DNA from: an uncultured Lachnospiraceae bacterium
GTDB lineage: Bacteria; Bacillota; Clostridia; Lachnospirales; Lachnospiraceae
Direction: 5' to 3'
Length of the DNA stretch: 64,000 nucleotides
Assembly: GCA_946411695.1 (NCBI GenBank)
Contig: CAMKEX010000002.1
Span: 6,141-70,140, forward strand
A model generated the notes under the pieces. The model had not been told where the DNA came from, made no database searches, and saw only the letters and a list, made by a program, of their open reading frames with translations. Shown in pieces: positions 37,998 through 47,302 of this stretch (position 1 is its first letter; each line of letters begins with the position of its first letter). The position numbers and the translations under genes are program-made.

Positions 37998-38636
37998 ATG
38001 CAGAGTTATACAAAGATGCGTTCTACCCGGCACCATGATGTTATTATGAAAGTGATCCCCGGACACTTTGTAACTCCGAACTCTCATATCAATTATTACA
38101 TCGATATGACGACGATGAAGACCAGACAGAACGAGGCAATGGCAGCTGCGCGTGCAATGAGTGAGAACTACGTGGCCAGCACAGTCGTAGATACGATCGT
38201 GTGCATGGACGGCATGGAAGTAATCGGCGCATACATGGCCGAAGAACTCACCCGCGCAGGCATTATGTCCATGAATGCCCACAAAACCATTTATATCATG
38301 TCTCCGGAGTACGATCTTTCGGGCCAGATGATTGTCAGAGAGAACAACCAGATGATGGTCCGCGGCAAACACTGCCTGCTCCTGCTCGCATCCGCTACCA
38401 CGGGTCAGACCATCGCGCGCGCGCAGAAGTCGATCGACTACTACGGCGGCACGATCGTAGGCATTTCCGCGATCTATTCCGCGGTCAGCAAGGTCATGGA
38501 TTATCCGGTGCATGCGCTGTACACCACCTCGGATCTTCCGGATTACAAATCCTATCAGCCCGCCAACTGCAAGATGTGCATGAACAACGAGCCGATCGAC
38601 GCGATCTGCAACGGCTTCGGCTATTCCAGGCTGTAA
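37998..38636 (+). CDS. Type I phosphoribosyltransferase-fold protein (PyrE-like) with degenerate PRPP loop
   Basis: 'GHFVT..SHINYYID', 'DTIVCMDG', 'LLLLASATTGQT', C-terminal CxxC; GGAGG RBS. Confidence 0.75.
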   Translation: MQSYTKMRSTRHHDVIMKVIPGHFVTPNSHINYYIDMTTMKTRQNEAMAAARAMSENYVASTVVDTIVCMDGMEVIGAYMAEELTRAGIMSMNAHKTIYIMSPEYDLSGQMIVRENNQMMVRGKHCLLLLASATTGQTIARAQKSIDYYGGTIVGISAIYSAVSKVMDYPVHALYTTSDLPDYKSYQPANCKMCMNNEPIDAICNGFGYSRL

Positions 38637-38811
38637 TCGGGCTGAGCAGCACAGAACCCCTGTAAAAAGGTATTTCACCGGGTCTGCGGGTGTGATGTTT
38701 GCATTGCGATGCGGTTTTCGGCGCAATAATCGCGTAAAAACACCTTGGGTTTCAGCCGGGTCTGAGGCGTAATTTGTGTGCTCTGCTTTTGGTATACAAT
38801 AGTACAAAATG

Positions 38812-38840
38812 TTGACAAAACAGGATTTCAGCGCTATATT
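38812..38840 (+). promoter_or_regulatory. Sigma-70 promoter
   Basis: TTGACA(38812-38817)-N17-TATATT(38835-38840). Confidence 0.6.
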
Positions 38841-38854
38841 CTTATAGAACAAAG

Positions 38855-38888
38855 GCGTTCGGACGTTCGTCTCCGAACGCTTTTTTTT
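38855..38888 (+). terminator. Intrinsic terminator
   Basis: GCGTTCGGA-cgttcgtc-TCCGAACGC followed by T8. Confidence 0.75.
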
Positions 38889-39091
38889 GAGCAAGTGACA
38901 ATCTGTCCATTTAAAGTGATAAAATGCCGCAGTGGTCTGCTTTCCTGCGGTGACGCCTTTGGGGAGCATCGGCGCGCGGGAGCAAAGACCGGGGAAAGAT
39001 TTTTTCACACAATAACTGCTCAAGACAGGAGCGGCGGGAGTTTTTTACGCGGCTCAGGGTAACACATAAAGGGTTCTATAAGGAGGAGACA

Positions 39092-40648
39092 ATGTCGGGG
39101 TTATTGACGACAGGCAACGGTATGGCAGCCGTCACTGCCATTGAAAAGATCACAAACATCAACGGTGCGGTAAACGGGTTTGTATGGGGACTTCCCATGC
39201 TGATCCTTCTGGTCGGTACCGGTATTTTGATGACTCTTCTGACCAGATTCTTCCAGATCACGCACATCAGGCACTGGTTTTCCAAGACTATCGGAGCTGT
39301 GTTTACAGACCGCCACGTAACGGCCCACACGGCAAAAGACGACAAGTCCATCAGCCAGTTCCAGAGTCTGTGCACTGCGCTGGCAGCGACGATCGGCACA
39401 GGTAATATCGCAGGTGTCGCGGCAGCCATCGTCTCCGGCGGTCCCGGAGCGATCTTCTGGATGTGGATCGTCTCCTTCTTTGGTATGATGACCAACTTTT
39501 CCGAAAACGTCCTGGGTATCTACTACCGCCGCAAAAATGAAGTCGGTGAGTGGTGCGGAGGAGCCATGTACTATCTGCACGACGGTCTCGGCTCAAAACC
39601 CGGATGCAAACAGATCGGCGCGGTTCTGGCAGTGCTCTTCAGTGTGTTCTGCACGATTGCCTCCTTCGGTATCGGCAATATGAGCCAGGTCAACACCATC
39701 AGTGCCAACCTCAACCAGGTATTTACTATTCCCACATATATCACAGGTATCATCCTGATGATCCTGGCTGCCCTCGTAATCATCGGCGGTATCAAGAGGA
39801 TCGCGGCTGTCACTGAGAAGCTCGTGCCCTTCATGGCCATCGCATATGTTGCCGGCGCGCTCATTATTGTCATCGTGCATATCGGCATGGTCCCCGCTGT
39901 CTTTGCTTCGATTTTCCGCGGCGCCTTCGCCATGAAGGCTGTCGGCGGCGGTATCACCGGCTATGGTATCAAGCTGGCGGTCACCTGGGGTATGAAGCGA
40001 GGCGTCTTCTCCAATGAGGCTGGTCTTGGTTCTTCCGTCATGGTCCACTCCGCCTCCAATATCCGCGAGCCTGTCATGCAGGGTATGTGGGGTATCTTTG
40101 AAGTCTTTGCGGACACTATCGTCGTATGTTCTCTGACTGCGTTCGCGATCCTTTCGAGCGGTGTTGTCGACCTCAATACCGGTGAGATGATCTCCGATTC
40201 CGCCAGTACGGCACTGGTCTCCGAGGCCTTCTCCTCCGTATTCGGCAAGGCGGGCGGCGCTTTTATCGCCCTTGCCATCCTGCTGTTCGCGTTCTCCACA
40301 GTTCTGGGCTGGAGCCAGTACGGCATGCGCGGATTCGAGTATCTGTTCGGAACGAAAGCCACTATTATTTACCGCACAATCTTCGTGCTCTTCATCTTCG
40401 TCGGTTCCACCATGGAACTGCAGCTGGCATGGGATCTGTCCGATACCTTCAACGGCCTCATGGCCATCCCCAACCTGATCGGTGTTCTGGCCTGCAGCGG
40501 AACAGTCTTTGCAGTCACAAAGAACTATGTGGACCGTGTCATTCACCACAAGAATATCGAGCCCATGTATTCCGCTCTTGATCACGTGCAGGAAATGCAC
40601 AAGAGAGAGATTGCCCAGTCGAAGAAGAACAAGAAGAAAAAGAAATAA
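39092..40648 (+). CDS. Alanine/glycine:cation symporter (AGCS family)
   Basis: 'LAATIGTGNIAGVA', 'GGPGAIFWMW', 'FSNEAGLGS', 'FAFSTVLGW'. Confidence 0.95.
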   Translation: MSGLLTTGNGMAAVTAIEKITNINGAVNGFVWGLPMLILLVGTGILMTLLTRFFQITHIRHWFSKTIGAVFTDRHVTAHTAKDDKSISQFQSLCTALAATIGTGNIAGVAAAIVSGGPGAIFWMWIVSFFGMMTNFSENVLGIYYRRKNEVGEWCGGAMYYLHDGLGSKPGCKQIGAVLAVLFSVFCTIASFGIGNMSQVNTISANLNQVFTIPTYITGIILMILAALVIIGGIKRIAAVTEKLVPFMAIAYVAGALIIVIVHIGMVPAVFASIFRGAFAMKAVGGGITGYGIKLAVTWGMKRGVFSNEAGLGSSVMVHSASNIREPVMQGMWGIFEVFADTIVVCSLTAFAILSSGVVDLNTGEMISDSASTALVSEAFSSVFGKAGGAFIALAILLFAFSTVLGWSQYGMRGFEYLFGTKATIIYRTIFVLFIFVGSTMELQLAWDLSDTFNGLMAIPNLIGVLACSGTVFAVTKNYVDRVIHHKNIEPMYSALDHVQEMHKREIAQSKKNKKKKK

Positions 40649-40922
40649 TAGTTACAGGCCTGCAGGGCGTACCTGTACGGACCCGCCTGTAACGCGAGAG
40701 CGTGCAACTGTCGGGCGCAGTGATGTGTCCCGGCGCAGTGTCTTCGGTTGACACCGGCAAAATTCAGCGATATATTACTTAATGGATATAAGGCGTCCGG
40801 AGCCGCGTCTCCGGGCGCCTGTTTTCTCTAAGAGGAAAAGACTTCTGTTTCCATTACCGGGGAACCGGGAGGCAGCAGCGGATCTTGTGCAGGACGGGGA
40901 AACAGGAAGGGGGTAATGATCA

Positions 40923-41330
40923 TTGAAATTTGAAATAAAAAGTGCAAAGAACGGTTATCACAGTACGCAGAGGACTATCTACGGAAGGATTCCCGCGTCG
41001 GAATTCTACGGATTTGTTCTCGGTATTGCGATTGGCTATATAATTCCCGCTGTGATCAATCTGAGCGGTCTCGCGGAGGTCAACAACAGCGATTTCGCCA
41101 TCTTTTTCTGTATCATCGGCGTGATCATCGGCTGGTGGTACGACCAGAAACATTTCATGGTCAAGGATGAGCCGGAAGAGGCTGTAGAAGGAGCAGAGGC
41201 GGAAGCCGCAGTTTCTGACCTGCAGAAGCCTGCGGAACGCCAGGTGATCGAAGGAGCATCCACACAGGATACACTCAAGGCTATGTTTGCCCGCAATGCG
41301 GATGACGACGGGGAAGAAGACGCAGAGTAA
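40923..41330 (+). CDS. Hypothetical 2-TM membrane protein with acidic tail, paralog 1
   Basis: TTG start after GGGGG; 'IPASEFYGFVLG', two hydrophobic helices. Confidence 0.7.
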   Translation: MKFEIKSAKNGYHSTQRTIYGRIPASEFYGFVLGIAIGYIIPAVINLSGLAEVNNSDFAIFFCIIGVIIGWWYDQKHFMVKDEPEEAVEGAEAEAAVSDLQKPAERQVIEGASTQDTLKAMFARNADDDGEEDAE

Positions 41331-41382
41331 AACGGCAGGCGGATTCGGCAAGTACATACACTGAGCCTGAAACGGGGTAAGA

Positions 41383-41715
41383 ATGATGAATAATAAAAAG
41401 AAAACCCACAGCACGCAGAAAAAATATTTTAATACCATTCCCAAATCAGAGTTTTACGGCGTAGCACTGGGCTACGCCTTCGGCCTGATCATAGGCGGCT
41501 TGCTGAGACTTGATTCTCAGATTCCTCAGCTCGCCGTTGCAGTGATCGGCTTCGGAATCGGCTATTTTATTGACAAAAAATATTACCAGGAGCCCGACGA
41601 GCCCTATGAAAGTGAAGGCGCGGCAGAGGCGGAAGACGGGGATGAGACAGTCGAAGCGGAAGAATCTGAGTCCGGAGAAGATGAATCTGCAGAATCTGAT
41701 TCCGTCGAAGAATAA
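41383..41715 (+). CDS. Hypothetical 2-TM membrane protein with acidic tail, paralog 2
   Basis: 'IPKSEFYGVALG', two hydrophobic helices, E/D-rich C-terminus. Confidence 0.7.
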   Translation: MMNNKKKTHSTQKKYFNTIPKSEFYGVALGYAFGLIIGGLLRLDSQIPQLAVAVIGFGIGYFIDKKYYQEPDEPYESEGAAEAEDGDETVEAEESESGEDESAESDSVEE

Positions 41716-41794
41716 GAGATCTGAAAGCTGAAAGAGCGGGCAGCAGTCTTTGCGGCGCAAAAAGAGACTGGAGCGGATCTATTGATGCTGAAAT

Positions 41795-41832
41795 AAAAGC
41801 CATGGCAGGTGTTTTTCTGCCATGGTTTTTTT
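41795..41832 (+). terminator. Intrinsic terminator
   Basis: AAGCCATGGCAG-gtgttttt-CTGCCATGGTTT followed by a T-run. Confidence 0.7.
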
Positions 41833-41856
41833 CAGCGTTTTGTATTTTCGGGCAGC

Positions 41857-41943
41857 TTGACAATTCTGTAATACTTGCTAATATTGGAATTAAATATGGA
41901 ATAATGGGGGCGGGAACTGGAACAGAATTCCAAATATGGAATT
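41857..41943 (+). promoter_or_regulatory. Promoter and palindromic operator upstream of the XRE-Uma2 gene
   Basis: TTGACA(41857)-N16-TAATAT with TG extension; AATTCCA-aata-TGGAATT at 41926-41943; AAATATGGAAT repeated at 41892. Confidence 0.65.
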
Positions 41944-41965
41944 ATTTATAAGAGGAAGAACGCTG

Positions 41966-42946
41966 ATGATCATACAGGAAATAAAGGATAGAAAAAAGAA
42001 ATTGGGGATGACGAACAGCGAACTTGCGGAGCGATCCGGAGTCCCTCTTTCTACCGTTGCAAAGGTTCTGGGGGGAACTACGCGGAGACCGCGGATCGAT
42101 ACGATCCGCGCACTGGAAGCTGCTCTTGGCGGAGAGATCGGTTACGGCACAGCCCGACTGATACAGCAGGAAGGAGCAGCCATGGAACCCGGGGATTCCT
42201 ATATATACGGCAGCAATGCAAGAAAAGAGGACAGTTCCCGCTCACATTCTTCTGAAGAGAAAGGCGATGTGGGAGAAAACAGTAAAACCGGGGGTATTCC
42301 GCGAACCGGCGATCTATATGGGCATGAAATCCGGGTGGGAGACGAGGATTATTCAGTAGAATCTTTTGAAAAAAGAGCAGACGGGATAAAAGTGCCGCTG
42401 CACACGGTTGAGGATTATCTGGCACTTCCTGATGAACGCCGGGTCGAGATGATTGATGGCCGGTTTTATGATCTGGCCGCACCGGGAGGAATTCATCAGC
42501 AGATTGTAATGCGTCTGTGGAAGAAGCTTGATGACTGCATTGAAGAGCATAGCATGCCCTGCAGTGCGCAGGCTTCACCTTTTGATGTTCAGCTGGATGA
42601 CTACACGATTGTCCAGCCGGATGTCATGGTGTTCTGCCGGGATCCGCTGCAGGTATATGCTGACCGTGCGACAGTTCCCCCGGACCTGGTGATCGAGGTC
42701 TTATCAAAATCCACAGCTTTCAGAGACCGGCACCTGAAGCTTTTTAAGTATCAGAAAGCGGGTGTCAGAGAGGTGTGGCTTGTGTCACCGGAGAAACGGG
42801 GTGTGGAAGTATATCTGTTCGAGGAGAGCAGAGAAGAGCCGGAAAGATACACTTTTGACGATAAGGTGCCTGTTCATATTTCCAATGGCAGCTGCGATAT
42901 TGACTTTGCGGACATTCACAGGAAACTTGCCGACTATCTTCCGTAA
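41966..42946 (+). CDS. XRE-family HTH fused to Uma2 (DUF820) PD-(D/E)xK nuclease-like domain
   Basis: 'MTNSELAERSGVPLSTVAKVLGG'; 'EMIDG..Y.LAAP...HQ', 'VQPDV', 'PDLVIEVLS', 'Y..AGVREVWLV'. Confidence 0.88.
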   Translation: MIIQEIKDRKKKLGMTNSELAERSGVPLSTVAKVLGGTTRRPRIDTIRALEAALGGEIGYGTARLIQQEGAAMEPGDSYIYGSNARKEDSSRSHSSEEKGDVGENSKTGGIPRTGDLYGHEIRVGDEDYSVESFEKRADGIKVPLHTVEDYLALPDERRVEMIDGRFYDLAAPGGIHQQIVMRLWKKLDDCIEEHSMPCSAQASPFDVQLDDYTIVQPDVMVFCRDPLQVYADRATVPPDLVIEVLSKSTAFRDRHLKLFKYQKAGVREVWLVSPEKRGVEVYLFEESREEPERYTFDDKVPVHISNGSCDIDFADIHRKLADYLP

Positions 42947-43190
42947 GATATTTGTATTGTTCCGTTTTGCCGCAGACGGTGCCTGTGAGCCTGCATGTTC
43001 TGCTCTATTCCGGCATGGCCGGAAAGAATAAAATACGATGTTGTATGAAATTAATTTGTATGCTATTATCTTGTCTTACATATAGAGGATTATCGTAGTA
43101 CAAGGTACATAAAAGGTACATAAAAGGTATCTGCTCCGTACAGCTGAGATGACGGCGGTGGGGAGTTTTTGGCGGAAAGGATTTACCGGG

Positions 43191-44546
43191 ATGCAGAAGA
43201 CCAGAGAGAACAAAATGGGCACTATGCCTGTAAAAAAACTGATCATCACCATGTCGCTGCCCATGATGGTATCCATGCTGGTGCAGGCTCTTTACAATGT
43301 CGTGGACAGTATGTTTGTCGCGCGGCTCTCGGAGGATGCCCTGACGGCAGTCACCCTGGCCTTCCCCATGCAGAATATGCTGATTTCTTTCGCGGCAGGT
43401 ACAGGCGTCGGTATCAATGCCCTCCTGTCCAAGTCGCTGGGAGAGAAGCGGTTTGACCGGGCGGACGAAGCCGCCAACAACGGCCTGTTCCTGGCCATCC
43501 TGACCTATATCCTTTTCCTGCTGATCGGCCTGTTCGGCGCGGGACCCTTTATCGGGACGCAGATCAAGGATGCCCTGGTGCAGGAGTACGGCACGATCTA
43601 TCTGAGGATCGTCCTGTGCATGTCCTTCGGCGCGGTTTTCCAGATCACCTTTGAGAGGCTGCTGCAGTCTACCGGCCGCACTTTCTACAGTATGATCTCC
43701 CAGGCCACCGGTGCCATCATCAATATCATTTTTGACCCGATCATGATCTTCGGCCTCTTCGGCTTCCCCAGGATGGGTGTCGCCGGCGCCGCGGCCGCTA
43801 CCGTTCTCGGCCAGGTTGTCGCCGCCTGTATCAGCTGCTACCTGAATATTACAAAGAACGAGGACATCAATATCTCGATCCCGCAGATCCTGCATCCCTC
43901 CGGGGAGATCATTAAAAAGATCTACTTCGTAGCCGCGCCGTCCATCCTGATGATGTCCATCGGTTCCATCATGACCTATGCCATGAACCAGATCCTGGGT
44001 ACATTCTCCAAGACGGCGACCGCAGTCTTCGGTGTATACTTCAAGCTCCAGAGCTTCTTCTTCATGCCGGTCTTTGGTCTGAACAACGGACTCATCCCTG
44101 TGCTCGCCTACAATTACGGCGCGCGCAGGAGCGACCGCATCAAGGAGGCCCTCAAGTTCTCCATCAGTCTGGCCGTGGGCATCATGCTCTGCGGAACTCT
44201 GGTCTTCCACATGTTCCCCCAGGCCCTTCTGGGTATGTTCAATGCCTCTGAGGAAATGACCCGCATCGGTGTTCCCGCCCTGAGGATCATCTCACTTTCC
44301 TTTGGTCTGGCGGGTGCCTGCATTGCCATGGGTTCCATCTTCCAGGCTTTCTCCTACAGCTACTACTCCCTGATCGTCTCTGTAGGACGACAGCTGGTAG
44401 TCCTGATTCCGGTCGCCATGTTCCTGGCCACCTTCGGCGAAGTCACCCTGATCTGGTGGGCCTTCCCCATCGCGGAACTGATGTCGGCACTGCTGTCCGT
44501 CATCTTCTTCCTGCGCCTCTATAACAGGACCGTGAAGACCTTGTGA
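43191..44546 (+). CDS. MATE family efflux transporter
   Basis: 'LYNVVDSMFVARL', 'LLQSTG', 'NIIFDPIMIFG', 'GVAGAAAAT', 'YNYGA'; start uncertain by about 14 codons. Confidence 0.93.
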   Translation: MQKTRENKMGTMPVKKLIITMSLPMMVSMLVQALYNVVDSMFVARLSEDALTAVTLAFPMQNMLISFAAGTGVGINALLSKSLGEKRFDRADEAANNGLFLAILTYILFLLIGLFGAGPFIGTQIKDALVQEYGTIYLRIVLCMSFGAVFQITFERLLQSTGRTFYSMISQATGAIINIIFDPIMIFGLFGFPRMGVAGAAAATVLGQVVAACISCYLNITKNEDINISIPQILHPSGEIIKKIYFVAAPSILMMSIGSIMTYAMNQILGTFSKTATAVFGVYFKLQSFFFMPVFGLNNGLIPVLAYNYGARRSDRIKEALKFSISLAVGIMLCGTLVFHMFPQALLGMFNASEEMTRIGVPALRIISLSFGLAGACIAMGSIFQAFSYSYYSLIVSVGRQLVVLIPVAMFLATFGEVTLIWWAFPIAELMSALLSVIFFLRLYNRTVKTL

Positions 44547-44573
44547 TCTATATTGATTGAGTTTATACTGCGT

Positions 44574-44617
44574 GAAAAAGCACCGGTTCCCGCGAATGGG
44601 ATGCCGGTGCTTTTTTG
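44574..44617. terminator. Bidirectional terminator
   Basis: AAAAAGCACCGG...CCGGTGCTTTTTT between convergent genes. Confidence 0.8.
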
Positions 44618-44782
44618 ATTGCGGGTGGAGACAGCTTTCTGTAACAGGCTGATTGTCCAGCATTCTGATCGGACTGGGCGAAGGCCAGTCCGATCAGAAT
44701 GCGAAAGAGGGTCGATTTGCTGCTGCCGTTGGGGCTGGACAGGGGAGCCAAGGCAGTCCGTCCGATAACATAACTTACTTTT

Positions 44783-46429
44783 TTATTCGATGTCGAGGTC
44801 AGCCGTGACCTGGTAGTAGTCACAGGCGTGGGCATCGTAGCCGGTGACGCCTGCTCTGGAGATCATGTTCATCTCTAGGAAGGAGCAGAAGACATAGGCA
44901 TTGTCATCCAAAATCATCTGCTGCAGTTCGATCGCGATTTTTCCGCGCTCAGCGGGGTCGAATTCGGTCGACAGCTTCTCGATGAGTCCGCTGACATTCT
45001 CGTTTTCATAAGCGCCGAAGTTGTAGCTCATGCCGGGAAGGCAGCTCGTCGTGAAGAAATACTGGGGGTCTCCCGAAGGGGCGGTGACAAGAGCGGAGGC
45101 GTAGACATCCCAGGAGCTCATGTCCGCGAGAAATTCCCGGCGGTTGGCTGTGCAGTTGATATCAATCTCCATGCCGATGTCCTTGAGGGAGGCCTGCACG
45201 GATTCCGCAAGCAGAGGCAGCTCCTGGCGGCTGGGATAGGTCAGCCAGCGGATGGTCAGCTTCTGTCCGTCTTTTTCACGGATGCCGTCGCCGTCGGAAT
45301 CGATCCATCCGGCGTCCTCGAGGACCTTTGCAGCGGCCTCCGGATCATAAGCTTCCGCCTTGACGTTTTCGCCGCCGAAGGTGCTGAAGCCGTCGGGGAA
45401 TGCACCGTTGCCGGGGGTGCCGTGTCCATCCAGCAAAGTGGTGACAAAGCCTTCTTTATTGATGCCCATCGCAATGGCGCGGCGGACAGAAGGATCCTGA
45501 ATGACGGGACTGGTCATGTTCATGGAGGCAAAAAAGGCGCGGGAGGTATGGATGCTGGAGAACTGGAAACCGGCATTTTCAAAGAGAGGATATGCCTCAT
45601 AGGCCATTCCGTAGGCGGCATCGATATCTCCGGACTGAAGGGCTGCAGAGAGCGTGTCTCCGTTGGAGAGTGTGCGGATGGTCAGTTTGTCGATCTTGGG
45701 GGTGCCGTTCCAGTAGTTCTCGTTCCTGGTCAGTGTCAGATGATCATCGGTCACCATGTCCGTCACGATGTAGGGACCGGTGCCCGAGACGATGCCGGCG
45801 TCAAAATCACTGGCATCCACATCGATGATGCAGCCGTAGGGATCTCCCAGATAGTTCATCAGTGCCGGATTGGGTTCGCTGGTGGTGATGGTCAGAACCT
45901 GGCCCTCCGCTTTGATGTCCGCGATTTTTGTATCTGAAGGGGCGCGGTCATGATTGGCAAGCATGTGCTCAAAGCACTGTTTGACCGCTTCGCCGTCCAT
46001 GGCGCGGCCGCTGGAGAAAGTGATCCCATCCTGCAGGGTGATGGTCCAGGTGAGATTTCCGTCATTTTCCCAGCTTTTGGCAAGCCAGGGCTCAAGTTCC
46101 ATGGTGTCTGTATAGTGGACCAGGGTCTCGCCGATTCCGTAGCGGATGCAGGCCCAGCCGTTATAGGTGCGGTGGGGATCCACGGTCTCTTCCCAGTTCT
46201 CGGCATTGAAGGTGGTGTCGCCGATGACCATGACCTTTTGACCTGCTGTGCTTTCGGACGCCGACTGATCGTCTTTTGCGGAATCCTGCGAAGCGGCAGC
46301 GCCGGCAGATGCAGTCCGCGCGCTGCTGCCGGAAGATCCGGAGCTATTGCCGCAGGCGGACAGCAGGCCTGCGCTGAGGCACAGTGCTGTCAGGAGCACA
46401 ACCATTAATTTCCATCTTCCTTTGCTCAT
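44783..46429 (-). CDS. Nickel/peptide ABC substrate-binding lipoprotein (family 5)
   Basis: Lipobox LSAC; 'GIGETLV', 'EPWLAKSW', 'GTGPY', 'VRRAIAMGIN'. Confidence 0.9.
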   Translation of the reverse strand: MSKGRWKLMVVLLTALCLSAGLLSACGNSSGSSGSSARTASAGAAASQDSAKDDQSASESTAGQKVMVIGDTTFNAENWEETVDPHRTYNGWACIRYGIGETLVHYTDTMELEPWLAKSWENDGNLTWTITLQDGITFSSGRAMDGEAVKQCFEHMLANHDRAPSDTKIADIKAEGQVLTITTSEPNPALMNYLGDPYGCIIDVDASDFDAGIVSGTGPYIVTDMVTDDHLTLTRNENYWNGTPKIDKLTIRTLSNGDTLSAALQSGDIDAAYGMAYEAYPLFENAGFQFSSIHTSRAFFASMNMTSPVIQDPSVRRAIAMGINKEGFVTTLLDGHGTPGNGAFPDGFSTFGGENVKAEAYDPEAAAKVLEDAGWIDSDGDGIREKDGQKLTIRWLTYPSRQELPLLAESVQASLKDIGMEIDINCTANRREFLADMSSWDVYASALVTAPSGDPQYFFTTSCLPGMSYNFGAYENENVSGLIEKLSTEFDPAERGKIAIELQQMILDDNAYVFCSFLEMNMISRAGVTGYDAHACDYYQVTADLDIE

Positions 46430-46494
46430 TAAATAGTATCTCCTTTCATTCGGGGCTGTACAGTATATTTATTATATTTATTGCTTTCTACAGA

Positions 46495-47259
46495 TTATAG
46501 AATGCTGTCGATGAGACGCTGTGTATAGGGATGGCGGGGAGAGCGGATCACGTCATCGGGGAGACCTTCCTCCACGATGCGGCCCTGATACATGACCAGG
46601 ACCCGGTCGCAGAACTGCTGCACAAGCGCAATGTCATGGCAGATAAAAAGGATGGACAGGCTGTCCTTCTTTTGTCTGCGAAGGTCATTTAAAAGATGCA
46701 GGATTTCCTGCTGGATCGTGACGTCCAGGGCAGAGGTCGCCTCGTCGCAGATGAGAACGGAAGGGTCAATGGCGAGTGCCCTGGCGATCGCGGCGCGCTG
46801 GCACTGGCCCCCGCTGACCTCATGGGGAAAGCGGCCTGCAAAGCCGTCGGTCAGACCGCACGTTTGCAGGAGCTCTGCAGTCTTTTGCCGCACCTGCCCT
46901 GCGGCCATACCGCTGTTGCGCAGGCTTTCTCCGATGCCGTCTCCCAGAGTGCGGCGCGGATCAAAGGATTCTGCGGGAGACTGAAAGATCATCTGCATTT
47001 CCCTGTAGGCCTCCCTGAGCTCCCGGCCCCGGGCACGGGTGATGTCTTTTCCGTTGAGGAGGATCTGTCCGTCATCGGAATCCAAAAGTCTTGTGATCAT
47101 GTTGACAAGAGTGGTCTTGCCGGAGCCGCTCTCTCCGATGATACCCAGGCATTCTCCCTTCAGGAGGGAAAAAGAGACGCCTTCGACGGCTCTTACATCC
47201 GGCCTGCCTTTCCGGGCAAAGGTTTTTGAGAGGTTTTTGACCTGTAGGACGGCTTCCAT
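46495..47259 (-). CDS. Nickel/peptide ABC ATPase (NikE/DppF-like)
   Basis: GESGSGKT, 'VSGGQCQR', 'ICDEATSALD', 'HPYT'. Confidence 0.93.
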   Translation of the reverse strand: MEAVLQVKNLSKTFARKGRPDVRAVEGVSFSLLKGECLGIIGESGSGKTTLVNMITRLLDSDDGQILLNGKDITRARGRELREAYREMQMIFQSPAESFDPRRTLGDGIGESLRNSGMAAGQVRQKTAELLQTCGLTDGFAGRFPHEVSGGQCQRAAIARALAIDPSVLICDEATSALDVTIQQEILHLLNDLRRQKKDSLSILFICHDIALVQQFCDRVLVMYQGRIVEEGLPDDVIRSPRHPYTQRLIDSIL

Positions 47260-47302
47260 ATCGTTCTCCTTTTGCCTGTGAGCAGAGTTTATGCCTGTGC
47301 CC

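Noticed and set aside
38930-39090. Glycine riboswitch or T-box upstream of the AGCS symporter
   Set aside because: Only fragments (GGGGAGC...GGAGCAAAG, CTCAGG) resemble the glycine aptamer; the CCGAAG element and the T-box motif are absent.
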